Positions 8,829 to 15,121 of a stretch of DNA of 17,070 nucleotides are shown here, in pieces. The stretch lies in IMG/VR virus record IMGVR_UViG_3300045988_030628, positions 1-17,070 of that record; one strand, given 5' to 3'. The notes beneath the pieces are model-generated. The model was given only the letters and a program-made list of their open reading frames with translations, had not been told where the DNA came from and ran no database searches. The translations under genes and the position numbers were made by a program. This stretch comes from a virus. Positions within the stretch are counted from its first letter, which is position 1. The number at the start of each line of letters is the position of its first letter.

Positions 8829-9551
8829 TTAACCTAACATCTGATTAACGAGTTTTTGAATCTCGTTATAATCATAACCTGCTTTTTCAAGTCTGTTTTT
8901 TCTTTCTTTTCCTACGCCCCACACACCTTTGATAACTTCTCTTGCAACTTCACCATTCGACTTGTAACCACCTTTTGTAAAGAGTCCATTTACATAGCTT
9001 TGTACTTCGTCATAATTATAACCTGCTGTTTCTAATAGTCTTCTTCTCTGGATACCTACGCCCCATTTACCTGCAATAACCTGTCGAGCTATTTCTTCAA
9101 TAGGGTAAGGTTTATTGCTGTTTGTGCTTACATCAGTAAATCGCAAGTGTAAATCCCAACCGAGATAATAGTCATAATAGGAAGTGATATGAATTTCTTT
9201 ACCTGTTTGATCACCAGTTTTACCACCTGTGGCTGTTCCTTTTTCGTTAATTGACGCTTCAACTATCTGGCTTTCATTGATACTCATACATACGTGGTTT
9301 CCTCTGTTTAAATGAATGTCACCTGCTTTCCATGGTGCTTTGCAATCTACAAAACCTGCTTTTCTTAACTGTGACTCTAAGTTGCCAGTCCATGAATACG
9401 GTGAAACAGCAAAACCTGCATAGTATAAAGCTGTCCCTACAAGTGAACTACAGTCATAATCTGGACCGTTTCTGTGCTGTTGGTCATAACCATGAATATT
9501 GTCCTTTGCTGTGTTAATCATGAAAGAAACAGCTTTGTTAATGTCACCCAT
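8829..9551 (-). CDS. Endolysin: Amidase_5-type catalytic domain plus two CW_7 (Cpl-7-like) cell-wall-binding repeats
   Basis: 240 aa. The N-terminus MGDINKAVSFM...NGPDYDCSSLVGTALYYAGF...AGDIHL..GNHVCM resembles the Pal (Dp-1) Amidase_5 domain as recalled. Two ~40-aa repeats match the CW_7 pattern: ARQVIAGKWGVGIQRRRLLETAGYNYDEVQSYVNGL and AREVIKGVWGVGKERKNRLEKAGYDYNEIQKLVNQM (nt 8835-9101). AAGGAG-type RBS. Confidence 0.9.
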   Translation of the reverse strand: MGDINKAVSFMINTAKDNIHGYDQQHRNGPDYDCSSLVGTALYYAGFAVSPYSWTGNLESQLRKAGFVDCKAPWKAGDIHLNRGNHVCMSINESQIVEASINEKGTATGGKTGDQTGKEIHITSYYDYYLGWDLHLRFTDVSTNSNKPYPIEEIARQVIAGKWGVGIQRRRLLETAGYNYDEVQSYVNGLFTKGGYKSNGEVAREVIKGVWGVGKERKNRLEKAGYDYNEIQKLVNQMLG

Positions 9552-9565
9552 TTGTTACTCCTTTC

Positions 9566-9865
9566 TTATTCTTCAATTCTATCCAACATATACTCTACTG
9601 CACATGCATGTTCAATCCTGCAACCTCTAGCATTTTCCCAACCTTTAGAAAAATATACTAAATCTGCTGATGATAATAGTTCAATAGATTTTCCTAGAAA
9701 CCATAACGGTTTTGCATCATGTGGAGCTGATTCAAAGAAAGAATCAATAACTTGAAACGGTTCTGTTAGTATATCACTAATCTTTGAAACAATTCGCATA
9801 CGTTCTTCTTTGATTTCTTCGTTTGTTTTCCTGTTCATTGGCTGTGAAATAAATACTTGTAACAT
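9566..9865 (-). CDS. DUF4406-like / nucleoside 2-deoxyribosyltransferase-fold small protein
   Basis: 99 aa from ATG 9865 (RBS GAAAGGAAAA). The start is 1 nt after the holin stop, so the longer 142-aa ORF-track version is rejected. The pattern VFISQPM...W....L.SADLVYFSKGWENARGCRIEHACA and the length fit my recollection of the DUF4406 family (GWExSxGAxxE near the C-terminus). Confidence 0.55.
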   Translation of the reverse strand: MLQVFISQPMNRKTNEEIKEERMRIVSKISDILTEPFQVIDSFFESAPHDAKPLWFLGKSIELLSSADLVYFSKGWENARGCRIEHACAVEYMLDRIEE

Positions 9866-9866
9866 T

Positions 9867-10217
9867 TTAATTTTCCTTTCTGGTGTTTGAAACGTGAAAA
9901 AGTTCCATAAGTTTACTTGGTAAAAGGTCTGAGTTAATATTGGATATGTTTTCGAGTATCGAAACAAGCTCAGTTGTACATGTATAAAGAACAATAACTG
10001 GTAATATTGCTACACCTAGTTTGAACCCTATAATGTCTCCATATCCGTCAACTAACCACGCCGTAAAATAACAGAAAATAAAACCCACTTTTTTGAAAAG
10101 TCCATCACGTAGTTTGGCGGATTTAATGTCTTTATTTTTTACGGCTGACACGATTCCTGTTATCACGTCTAGGGCGTTAAACCCTAACGCTACAAAGATT
10201 GGATATAAGTTTTCCAT
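9867..10217 (-). CDS. Holin (three predicted TM segments; phage_holin_4-like)
   Basis: 116 aa from ATG 10217 (RBS AAGAAAGGAGA). Hydrophobic segments are LYPIFVALGFNALDVITGIVSAV, VGFIFCYFTAWLVDGYG and GVAILPVIVLYTCTTELVSIL. The KLRDGLFKKVG motif lies between TM1 and TM2, and the C-terminus is polar. The gene sits upstream of the endolysin. Confidence 0.8.
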   Translation of the reverse strand: MENLYPIFVALGFNALDVITGIVSAVKNKDIKSAKLRDGLFKKVGFIFCYFTAWLVDGYGDIIGFKLGVAILPVIVLYTCTTELVSILENISNINSDLLPSKLMELFHVSNTRKEN

Positions 10218-10247
10218 GGGATCTCCTTTCTTATTTAATTTATCTTT

Positions 10248-10276
10248 ATTATAGCACAATACTTGCAAAAAATCAA
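10248..10276 (-). promoter_or_regulatory. Promoter of the holin-to-tailspike (late) operon
   Basis: On the minus strand: TTGATT (10271-10276), 17-nt spacer, TGcTATAAT (-10 at 10248-10253 with extended TG). The predicted start site is ~24 nt upstream of the holin ATG. The -10 context tgcTATAATAAAG is shared with the right-end promoters. Confidence 0.7.
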
Positions 10277-10291
10277 TGGGTGTGTTATAAT
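10263..10291 (+). promoter_or_regulatory. Promoter of the packaging ATPase gene
   Basis: On the plus strand: TTGCAA (10263-10268), 17-nt spacer, TGtTATAAT (-10 at 10286-10291). It lies ~19 nt upstream of the AAAGGAG RBS/ATG region and overlaps the minus-strand promoter back-to-back. Confidence 0.7.
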
Positions 10292-10316
10292 TAAATATAG
10301 AAAGGAGATTTTTTGC

Positions 10317-11351
10317 ATGGGAAAGTATTATGACGGTACTAAATTATTGTCAATGTTAGATATAAATGGTAACAAACCAGAAATCTATATGGTTACTTCC
10401 AACCGAAGCGCAGGAAAGACAACCTATTTTAGCAGACTGTGCATAAACAGATTTCTTGATAAAGGTGAAAAGTTTGGGCTTATTTACCGTTATAATTATG
10501 AACTTGATAATGTGGTAGATAAATTCTATAAAGATATAGGTAGTTTGTTCTTCACAGGTCATAACATGACGTCAAAAAGACGGGCAAGTGGCATTTTCCA
10601 TGAGTTATTCTTAGACGAAAAAAGCTGTGGCTATGCTATCAGTTTAAACAGTGCCGACCAGTTGAAAAAATACAGCCATTTATTTGCTGATATTTCTAGG
10701 CTAGAATTTGATGAATTTCAAAGCGAATCTAATCACTACTGTCCTGATGAAGTAAGAAAGTTCATCAGTATTCATACGTCTATTGCAAGAGGCCAAGGAG
10801 AGCAAGTTCGTTATGTACCTGTGTATATGATTGCGAACCCTGTCAGCCTTATCAACCCATATTATACAAAAATGGAAATAAGTGCTAGACTTCATAAAGA
10901 CACAAAATTTTTACGCGGTGACGGTTTTGTGTTAGAACAGGGATTCAATAAATCAGCAAGCGAAGCGCAGAAAACTAGCGGATTCAATCGAGCTTTTAAG
11001 AAAGACAGTTATGTTGGTTATAGTAGTGAATGTGTTTATTTGAATGATAACCAGAGTTTTATTGAAAGACCTACTGGAAAAAATAAATACCTTTGCACAC
11101 TTAAATATAAAGGCTGTGAGTTTGGTATAAGAGAATTTACTGAGTATGGTTACTTATACTGTGATGATAGACCAGATCGCACCTTTGGCTTAAAAATCAG
11201 CGTAACTACTGACGACCACGAGATCAATTATGTTATGTTAAAACGTAACGATTTCTTTTTGAATAATCTTCGATATTTGTTTGAGCGTGGTTGCTTTAGA
11301 TTTAAAGACCTAAGGTGTAAAGAAGCAACATTAAGCGCACTTAGTTACTAG
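10317..11351 (+). CDS. DNA encapsidation (packaging) ATPase, phi29 gp16-like
   Basis: 344 aa from ATG 10317 (RBS AAAGGAG). Walker A is TSNRSAGKTT and Walker B is RLEFDEFQ. The layout resembles gp16 (GxxGxGKS...IVFDEF...NPY). It is the only plus-strand gene. Confidence 0.9.
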   Translation: MGKYYDGTKLLSMLDINGNKPEIYMVTSNRSAGKTTYFSRLCINRFLDKGEKFGLIYRYNYELDNVVDKFYKDIGSLFFTGHNMTSKRRASGIFHELFLDEKSCGYAISLNSADQLKKYSHLFADISRLEFDEFQSESNHYCPDEVRKFISIHTSIARGQGEQVRYVPVYMIANPVSLINPYYTKMEISARLHKDTKFLRGDGFVLEQGFNKSASEAQKTSGFNRAFKKDSYVGYSSECVYLNDNQSFIERPTGKNKYLCTLKYKGCEFGIREFTEYGYLYCDDRPDRTFGLKISVTTDDHEINYVMLKRNDFFLNNLRYLFERGCFRFKDLRCKEATLSALSY

Positions 11352-11352
11352 G

Positions 11353-11469
11353 TATATCTACTCATGCGATTAACATTGAGAACATAGGATAGCACTCTTG
11401 AAAGTATAGAGCCTGTGTTACTTGTCGTTTTCGCTGAACGCAATGATTAACACATGAGTTATAGATATA
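11353..11469 (+). ncRNA. Candidate prohead/packaging RNA (pRNA-like three-way junction)
   Basis: A 24-bp interrupted closing helix forms between 11353-11378 and 11441-11469, as 8 + 6 + 1 + 4 + 5 bp with small bulges. It encloses two hairpins:
- Long hairpin 11381-11419: 8 bp including a U11385-G11415 wobble valid only on the plus strand, a 6-nt bulge AUAGCA, a 4-bp stem and a 9-nt loop.
- Short hairpin 11426-11440: cgtt/aacg stem with loop uucgcug.
The element starts 2 nt after the ATPase stop and ends just before the terminator. Confidence 0.45.
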
Positions 11470-11472
11470 AAT

Positions 11473-11511
11473 AAAACAGAGGGTAAGAAGTTAGTTCTCC
11501 CTCTGTTTTTT
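11473..11511. terminator. Bidirectional intrinsic terminator between the convergent ATPase and lipoprotein genes
   Basis: Stem cagaggg (11477-11483) pairs with ccctctg (11499-11505), and an inner agaa pairs with ttct. The stem is flanked by AAAA upstream and TTTTTT downstream, so it can act on both strands. Confidence 0.9.
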
Positions 11512-11514
11512 ATA

Positions 11515-11736
11515 CTATTTTACATATAATGAACCATCTTGATTAAGTCTAGGTGTTACACCTTTATTAGATGCTATATACCAAACGTTTGTATCAGGGT
11601 CTTTAAATGTAAATACAAAAGCTGAACCACTATTAAGTATTATACTGTAGTCAGTTTTTTCAGCTGGTACTTTGTTACCAGTCGTACACCCTGTTAATGT
11701 AAAACAAAATAGCAATAAACATATAATTTTCTTCAT
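11515..11736 (-). CDS. Small secreted lipoprotein (candidate superinfection-exclusion factor)
   Basis: 73 aa. MKKIICLLLFCFTLTGC is a signal peptide with lipobox L-T-G-C. RBS GAGGT. It is the last gene of the replication operon. The mature part (KDPDTNVWYIASNKGVTPRLNQDGS) resembles a small Firmicutes family I recall as DUF6440-like (uncertain). Confidence 0.75.
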   Translation of the reverse strand: MKKIICLLLFCFTLTGCTTGNKVPAEKTDYSIILNSGSAFVFTFKDPDTNVWYIASNKGVTPRLNQDGSLYVK

Positions 11737-11741
11737 GTTTT

Positions 11742-13724
11742 TTACCTCATTTCATATGATGTATCTACTAATAGAACGCCACCACGTATCCTCTTTGGTC
11801 GTAATTTTCCAGGTACTTTCAATCCTATTTTAAATGATCTATAATCACGTTTAATAGGGTTGTTATCTTCGTAAAATAGAAATTCTTTTTCTTCATCACT
11901 CCATTCTTTATTTATATCAGCATCACCTGACAGTGATAATTCAAATAAATCTTTACAACGTTTTGGCATACCTGCACACTTTATATTGTTGTATGGTTTT
12001 TCTATTGACTCTAGGTTCTCTGCAACTACGTGTTCAATGTAAGTTTTCTGTCTTGTGAATATTGCTTTATCCCAACATGATTCCAATTTCCAACAACAAA
12101 AGTTTTTATCATGTACTTTGATTCCAATTATTTCTTCTGGTGGTAAATCACAGTGTATGCTATCTGTATCTGCATAAATAAAACCTGCTTTATCAACACC
12201 ATGATAATTCGCTTGTGCCGCTCTGATGGTAAAGTTTCTTGCATAACTTGTGATAGCTGAACCAACAGGGATATACCCTGGTTTCTTGTTTGATTCTGTA
12301 ACAGGTAAAAACCCTATTGTTTTATCATCTTTCACATATGCCAGTTTGAACGATGAATCTTTACTAGATGCCATTTTTCCGTAAAGATTATTAAGAAAAA
12401 GTTTAGCCAACTCACGCAATGCACCCTTGCTAACAAGCTTCTGGTGCTTGTATTTTTCAATGTATTCATCAAAGATACCTGTCAAAGCATAAAACCAACA
12501 TCCATCCAGTATTTCAAAATCAACTAAATCATAGTGGTCTTTCAACAACAGGTAATCTGTCATTGTCAAGACTAATTCAACCCTTGTATCTCTTAATATG
12601 CCGTCCTTATCTTTATAGAATGAAAAGTAAGAATCTGTTTTACTGTCATAAATATCTGACGATTCCAGTGCTTCTGTTCCTTTATATAAGTAAGAATTTT
12701 TTATCTGTATAAATGGTAACTTATCTTTCTTGATATAAAATCTTGTTTTAACTCTAACAAAATAATATTTATTATCTGCTATAGCTTCGTCTGGAATATA
12801 GTTTCCTTTCCAGAAACAAGGTTTACCAATAGGATACCTGTTCCCAGATTCAGACGACATCATGGATGGGTACAGTGAATTTACGTCAGCCGTAGTTCCG
12901 TTTGTTTTTATTTGGTTCTCTTTACCTTTTACTAAATAACACCAACCACCTCTGTATGATTTTCTTATATAATCTCCTGCGTTTTCATATGTGTATTCTA
13001 TAGGGTTAATACTCACATTATACACGTCTGGAAACATTTCCTTATACTCTAACTGGTTTTTGAGTGATTTCTTACATATCTCTTTGTATTCTTCCAAACA
13101 GCAAGAACCTATTGTCAGTTTATCATGCCCCTCATTGAACATAATTTCAAGTGCTTCTTTAACAACAAGGACATCATTAGCAATGTATTCTTTTTCACTG
13201 TCTGATATCTCACACCCTGCATATCGAAAACCTGTGTATTCCATGTCAAGCTTCTTATGCTTTGTGCCAAAGTTATCACCAATTCTTTTAACACTAAATG
13301 GCAAAAGCTTTAGTGAATCCCTTATTTCAATAAAGTGATTATTTACCTTTATAATAATGGTGTACCACATTCCTTTATCTGATATACTATATTTAAAGGA
13401 ATTATTTTCCATAAATTTTTCTTGCAACCACTCTACCTCATTTATAGCTTCACCTGTTTTTCTGTAAGCCTGTTTGAACCCTTTATCTATCATCAAATAT
13501 GACAACCAGAATGAACCATCAAACTTTAAGTTGTGGTAATAGGCTACGATATTACAATCTTGCTTTACAAAGTAATTAAACTGTTCATCAATTGAGTGAA
13601 AAATACTAACATTTTCTGTGAATAGTTCTACCGAAGCTGATGCCCATACCTCTGTGAACTCTTGTCCTTTATAAACAGTTGTTTCAAAGTCACACATAAA
13701 ATATCTGTACTTTTTAATCTTCAA
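11742..13724 (-). CDS. Protein-primed family-B DNA polymerase (phi29 gp2-like)
   Basis: 660 aa. Motifs: ExoI FMCDFETT, ExoII YYHNLKFDGSF, ExoIII YIANDV, motif A DVNSLYPS, motif B KLFLNNLYGK, motif C YADTDS, and KxY as RQKTYI. The annotated start is TTG at 13722-13724, overlapping the end of the upstream gene. The first in-frame ATG would leave only 2 residues before ExoI, so TTG is preferred. Confidence 0.95.
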   Translation of the reverse strand: MKIKKYRYFMCDFETTVYKGQEFTEVWASASVELFTENVSIFHSIDEQFNYFVKQDCNIVAYYHNLKFDGSFWLSYLMIDKGFKQAYRKTGEAINEVEWLQEKFMENNSFKYSISDKGMWYTIIIKVNNHFIEIRDSLKLLPFSVKRIGDNFGTKHKKLDMEYTGFRYAGCEISDSEKEYIANDVLVVKEALEIMFNEGHDKLTIGSCCLEEYKEICKKSLKNQLEYKEMFPDVYNVSINPIEYTYENAGDYIRKSYRGGWCYLVKGKENQIKTNGTTADVNSLYPSMMSSESGNRYPIGKPCFWKGNYIPDEAIADNKYYFVRVKTRFYIKKDKLPFIQIKNSYLYKGTEALESSDIYDSKTDSYFSFYKDKDGILRDTRVELVLTMTDYLLLKDHYDLVDFEILDGCWFYALTGIFDEYIEKYKHQKLVSKGALRELAKLFLNNLYGKMASSKDSSFKLAYVKDDKTIGFLPVTESNKKPGYIPVGSAITSYARNFTIRAAQANYHGVDKAGFIYADTDSIHCDLPPEEIIGIKVHDKNFCCWKLESCWDKAIFTRQKTYIEHVVAENLESIEKPYNNIKCAGMPKRCKDLFELSLSGDADINKEWSDEEKEFLFYEDNNPIKRDYRSFKIGLKVPGKLRPKRIRGGVLLVDTSYEMR

Positions 13725-14304
13725 TGGTATAGCCTAACTCGTTAAACTCGAAGGCATCAGCTAAGTCCATTTTATACTGATCACTTGCGCTAGGGAGTGC
13801 ATTTATAATTCCTGTAGCGTAATCTTCCAATGCTGATTCGCTGTCATATTTACTTTTATTCAAATAGTAATGCAAATCTGGCGTTGACATGATAGCTTCT
13901 ACTACATCATCTATACCCTGCTGTGTGATTAACTGGTCAATTAAAGAAGTAACTTTATCAGCTATTTCTTTAGGGTAATGTAATATGTTATTTTTTATGT
14001 CTGCTATTACTGTCCTATTAAACATTCCATCGTCACCGACTTTTAAATCACCATTTTCGTTAAAGTTCTGAGGCGTTTTTGGAATTGGAATGGTTTCACC
14101 TTTTAAGAAATCGGGTGTTACTTTTTTCAACTCATTGGTGTAACGGGTTAACTCTGCACCCTTTATTCCTTGTAATTTTAGTTCTCTTTCTGTTGGAAAA
14201 TATAATTCAGTGATAAGTCCTTTTTTGTTTAATCGTCTTATGTAGCTGTTGATACGGTTTCTGTTACGTGTATAAGCTGATACTTTCTTTTTTCTTTTTG
14301 CCAT
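13714..14304 (-). CDS. Candidate terminal protein (phi29 gp3 position)
   Basis: 196 aa, directly upstream of and overlapping the polymerase gene as in phi29. The N-terminus is very basic (MAKRKKKVSAYTRNRNRINSYIRRLNKKG) and the C-terminus is acidic. RBS AGAGGGTG. It is shorter than the 266-aa phi29 TP. Called by synteny and composition only. Confidence 0.55.
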   Translation of the reverse strand: MAKRKKKVSAYTRNRNRINSYIRRLNKKGLITELYFPTERELKLQGIKGAELTRYTNELKKVTPDFLKGETIPIPKTPQNFNENGDLKVGDDGMFNRTVIADIKNNILHYPKEIADKVTSLIDQLITQQGIDDVVEAIMSTPDLHYYLNKSKYDSESALEDYATGIINALPSASDQYKMDLADAFEFNELGYTIED

Positions 14305-14324
14305 GAAAAATCACCCTCTTGTCT

Positions 14325-14355
14325 AAAAAAGCGTGTACCGATTAAAGTACACGCT
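14325..14355 (-). terminator. Intrinsic terminator/attenuator between the SSB-like gene and the TP-polymerase genes
   Basis: On the minus strand: AGCGTGTAC-tttaatcg-GTACACGCT (9-bp stem) followed by TTTTTT. It lies 15 nt after the stop of the 118-aa gene and ~20 nt before the TP RBS. Confidence 0.85.
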
Positions 14356-14369
14356 GTTAATATTACTAG

Positions 14370-14726
14370 TTACTCAAGACTTTCAACATCTAACTCACAG
14401 TTGATAAAGTCACGCCCTGCTTTCGTTTTGCCTGACGTCTTAATGATTGTATACTGTTTATCTTTCATGATATTTGAAATATCTCTGATTGAACGTTTGA
14501 ATGTTGACGACTGACATGAGTATACTTTCTTTTCCGGTGTGATCACTGAAAGAATATCCGTAATTTCACCAGTTGACTCTTTTGTATCCTCAAATGTAAG
14601 AATACCGTCAACTGTAATGTGCGTTCCATCTGGAACGTCTTTCATTGAAATGATTGATGGTGCAATCGTCATAAGATACTGCTCAACTTCTGAAAATTCT
14701 CTGCTACAATTTTTAATTTCTACCAT
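14370..14726 (-). CDS. Single-stranded DNA-binding protein candidate (phi29 gp5-like)
   Basis: 118 aa. It occupies the gene-5 position between p6-like and TP. Segments VPDGTHITV, ...VYSCQSSTFKRSIRDISNI... and IIKTSGKTKAGRDFINCEL parallel recalled phi29 p5 segments (LPDGTIIE, ...LYSAISKTVAEAASDLIDL..., VVQGTSSKGNVFFSLQL). RBS AAGAGG. Confidence 0.55.
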   Translation of the reverse strand: MVEIKNCSREFSEVEQYLMTIAPSIISMKDVPDGTHITVDGILTFEDTKESTGEITDILSVITPEKKVYSCQSSTFKRSIRDISNIMKDKQYTIIKTSGKTKAGRDFINCELDVESLE

Positions 14727-14748
14727 ATTATTTTGCCTCTTTCTTTTT

Positions 14749-15051
14749 TTACTGTTCTGTTACGTTTTCTTCTGTCACTGCTCTCGGTGGTAAGACTTTT
14801 GAGTGTTCAATGAAGTTCTGTTCTGTCATTCCGTAGAGTGTTTCAATTTCTTCCTTGTCAACAATGTGTACTGGTTTCAATGTTTCCGTTTCAAGAACTT
14901 CTTTCACTTTCTTGAGAAGCTTTTCATCGTCCTTGTAAGTACGTGGAACTACTACAGACTTGTTACAAGGTTCTCCTGTCTCAATGTCTAAGCACATTAC
15001 GTTGACTTTTGTTGTGATGATTGTTCTTGTTACCATTGGTACTCTTGCCAT
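14749..15051 (-). CDS. p6-like histone-like dsDNA-binding protein, paralogue A
   Basis: 100 aa, about 35-40 percent identical by eye to the 95-aa product of 15718-16005 (MAR..MVTRT...VM..D..T.E...TY..E.LLKK...T.K.V.I...E.L.GMTE..FI...VLPPR). It sits upstream of SSB as gene 6 does in phi29. There is remote resemblance to recalled p6 (..REITKTTVNV.., ..YELPVEKFLEVATV..). The C-terminal tail is acidic. Confidence 0.5.
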   Translation of the reverse strand: MARVPMVTRTIITTKVNVMCLDIETGEPCNKSVVVPRTYKDDEKLLKKVKEVLETETLKPVHIVDKEEIETLYGMTEQNFIEHSKVLPPRAVTEENVTEQ

Positions 15052-15121
15052 GTTTTTTCTTCCTCTCTTTCTTTATTTTTAAAAAACGTCAAAATATAGT
15101 TTAGTGCTATAAAGCACTAGA

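Noticed and set aside
9866-9994. The N-terminal extension of the 142-aa ORF 9566-9994, and similar long versions of 9867-10268, 10263-11351, 15335-15637, 15718-16098 and 16116-16319.
   Set aside because: The extended starts overlap the upstream gene or run through promoter or structured-RNA regions and lack an RBS. Some are GTG codons 1 nt from the RBS. In each case an internal ATG has a well-spaced AGGAG/GGGGG-type RBS.
10310-10355. A minus-strand TTGACA (10347-10352), 17 nt, TAATAC motif inside the 5' end of the ATPase gene, as a second late promoter.
   Set aside because: The -10 matches only 3 of 6 positions and lacks the invariant final T. The motif lies within coding sequence. It is kept only as a note.
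14356-14420. TTGAAA-15/17-TAATAT/ATATTA on the minus strand, as a promoter for the TP and polymerase genes.
   Set aside because: The spacing is suboptimal. The start site would fall immediately upstream of the strong terminator at 14325-14355, so such a transcript would mostly terminate at once.
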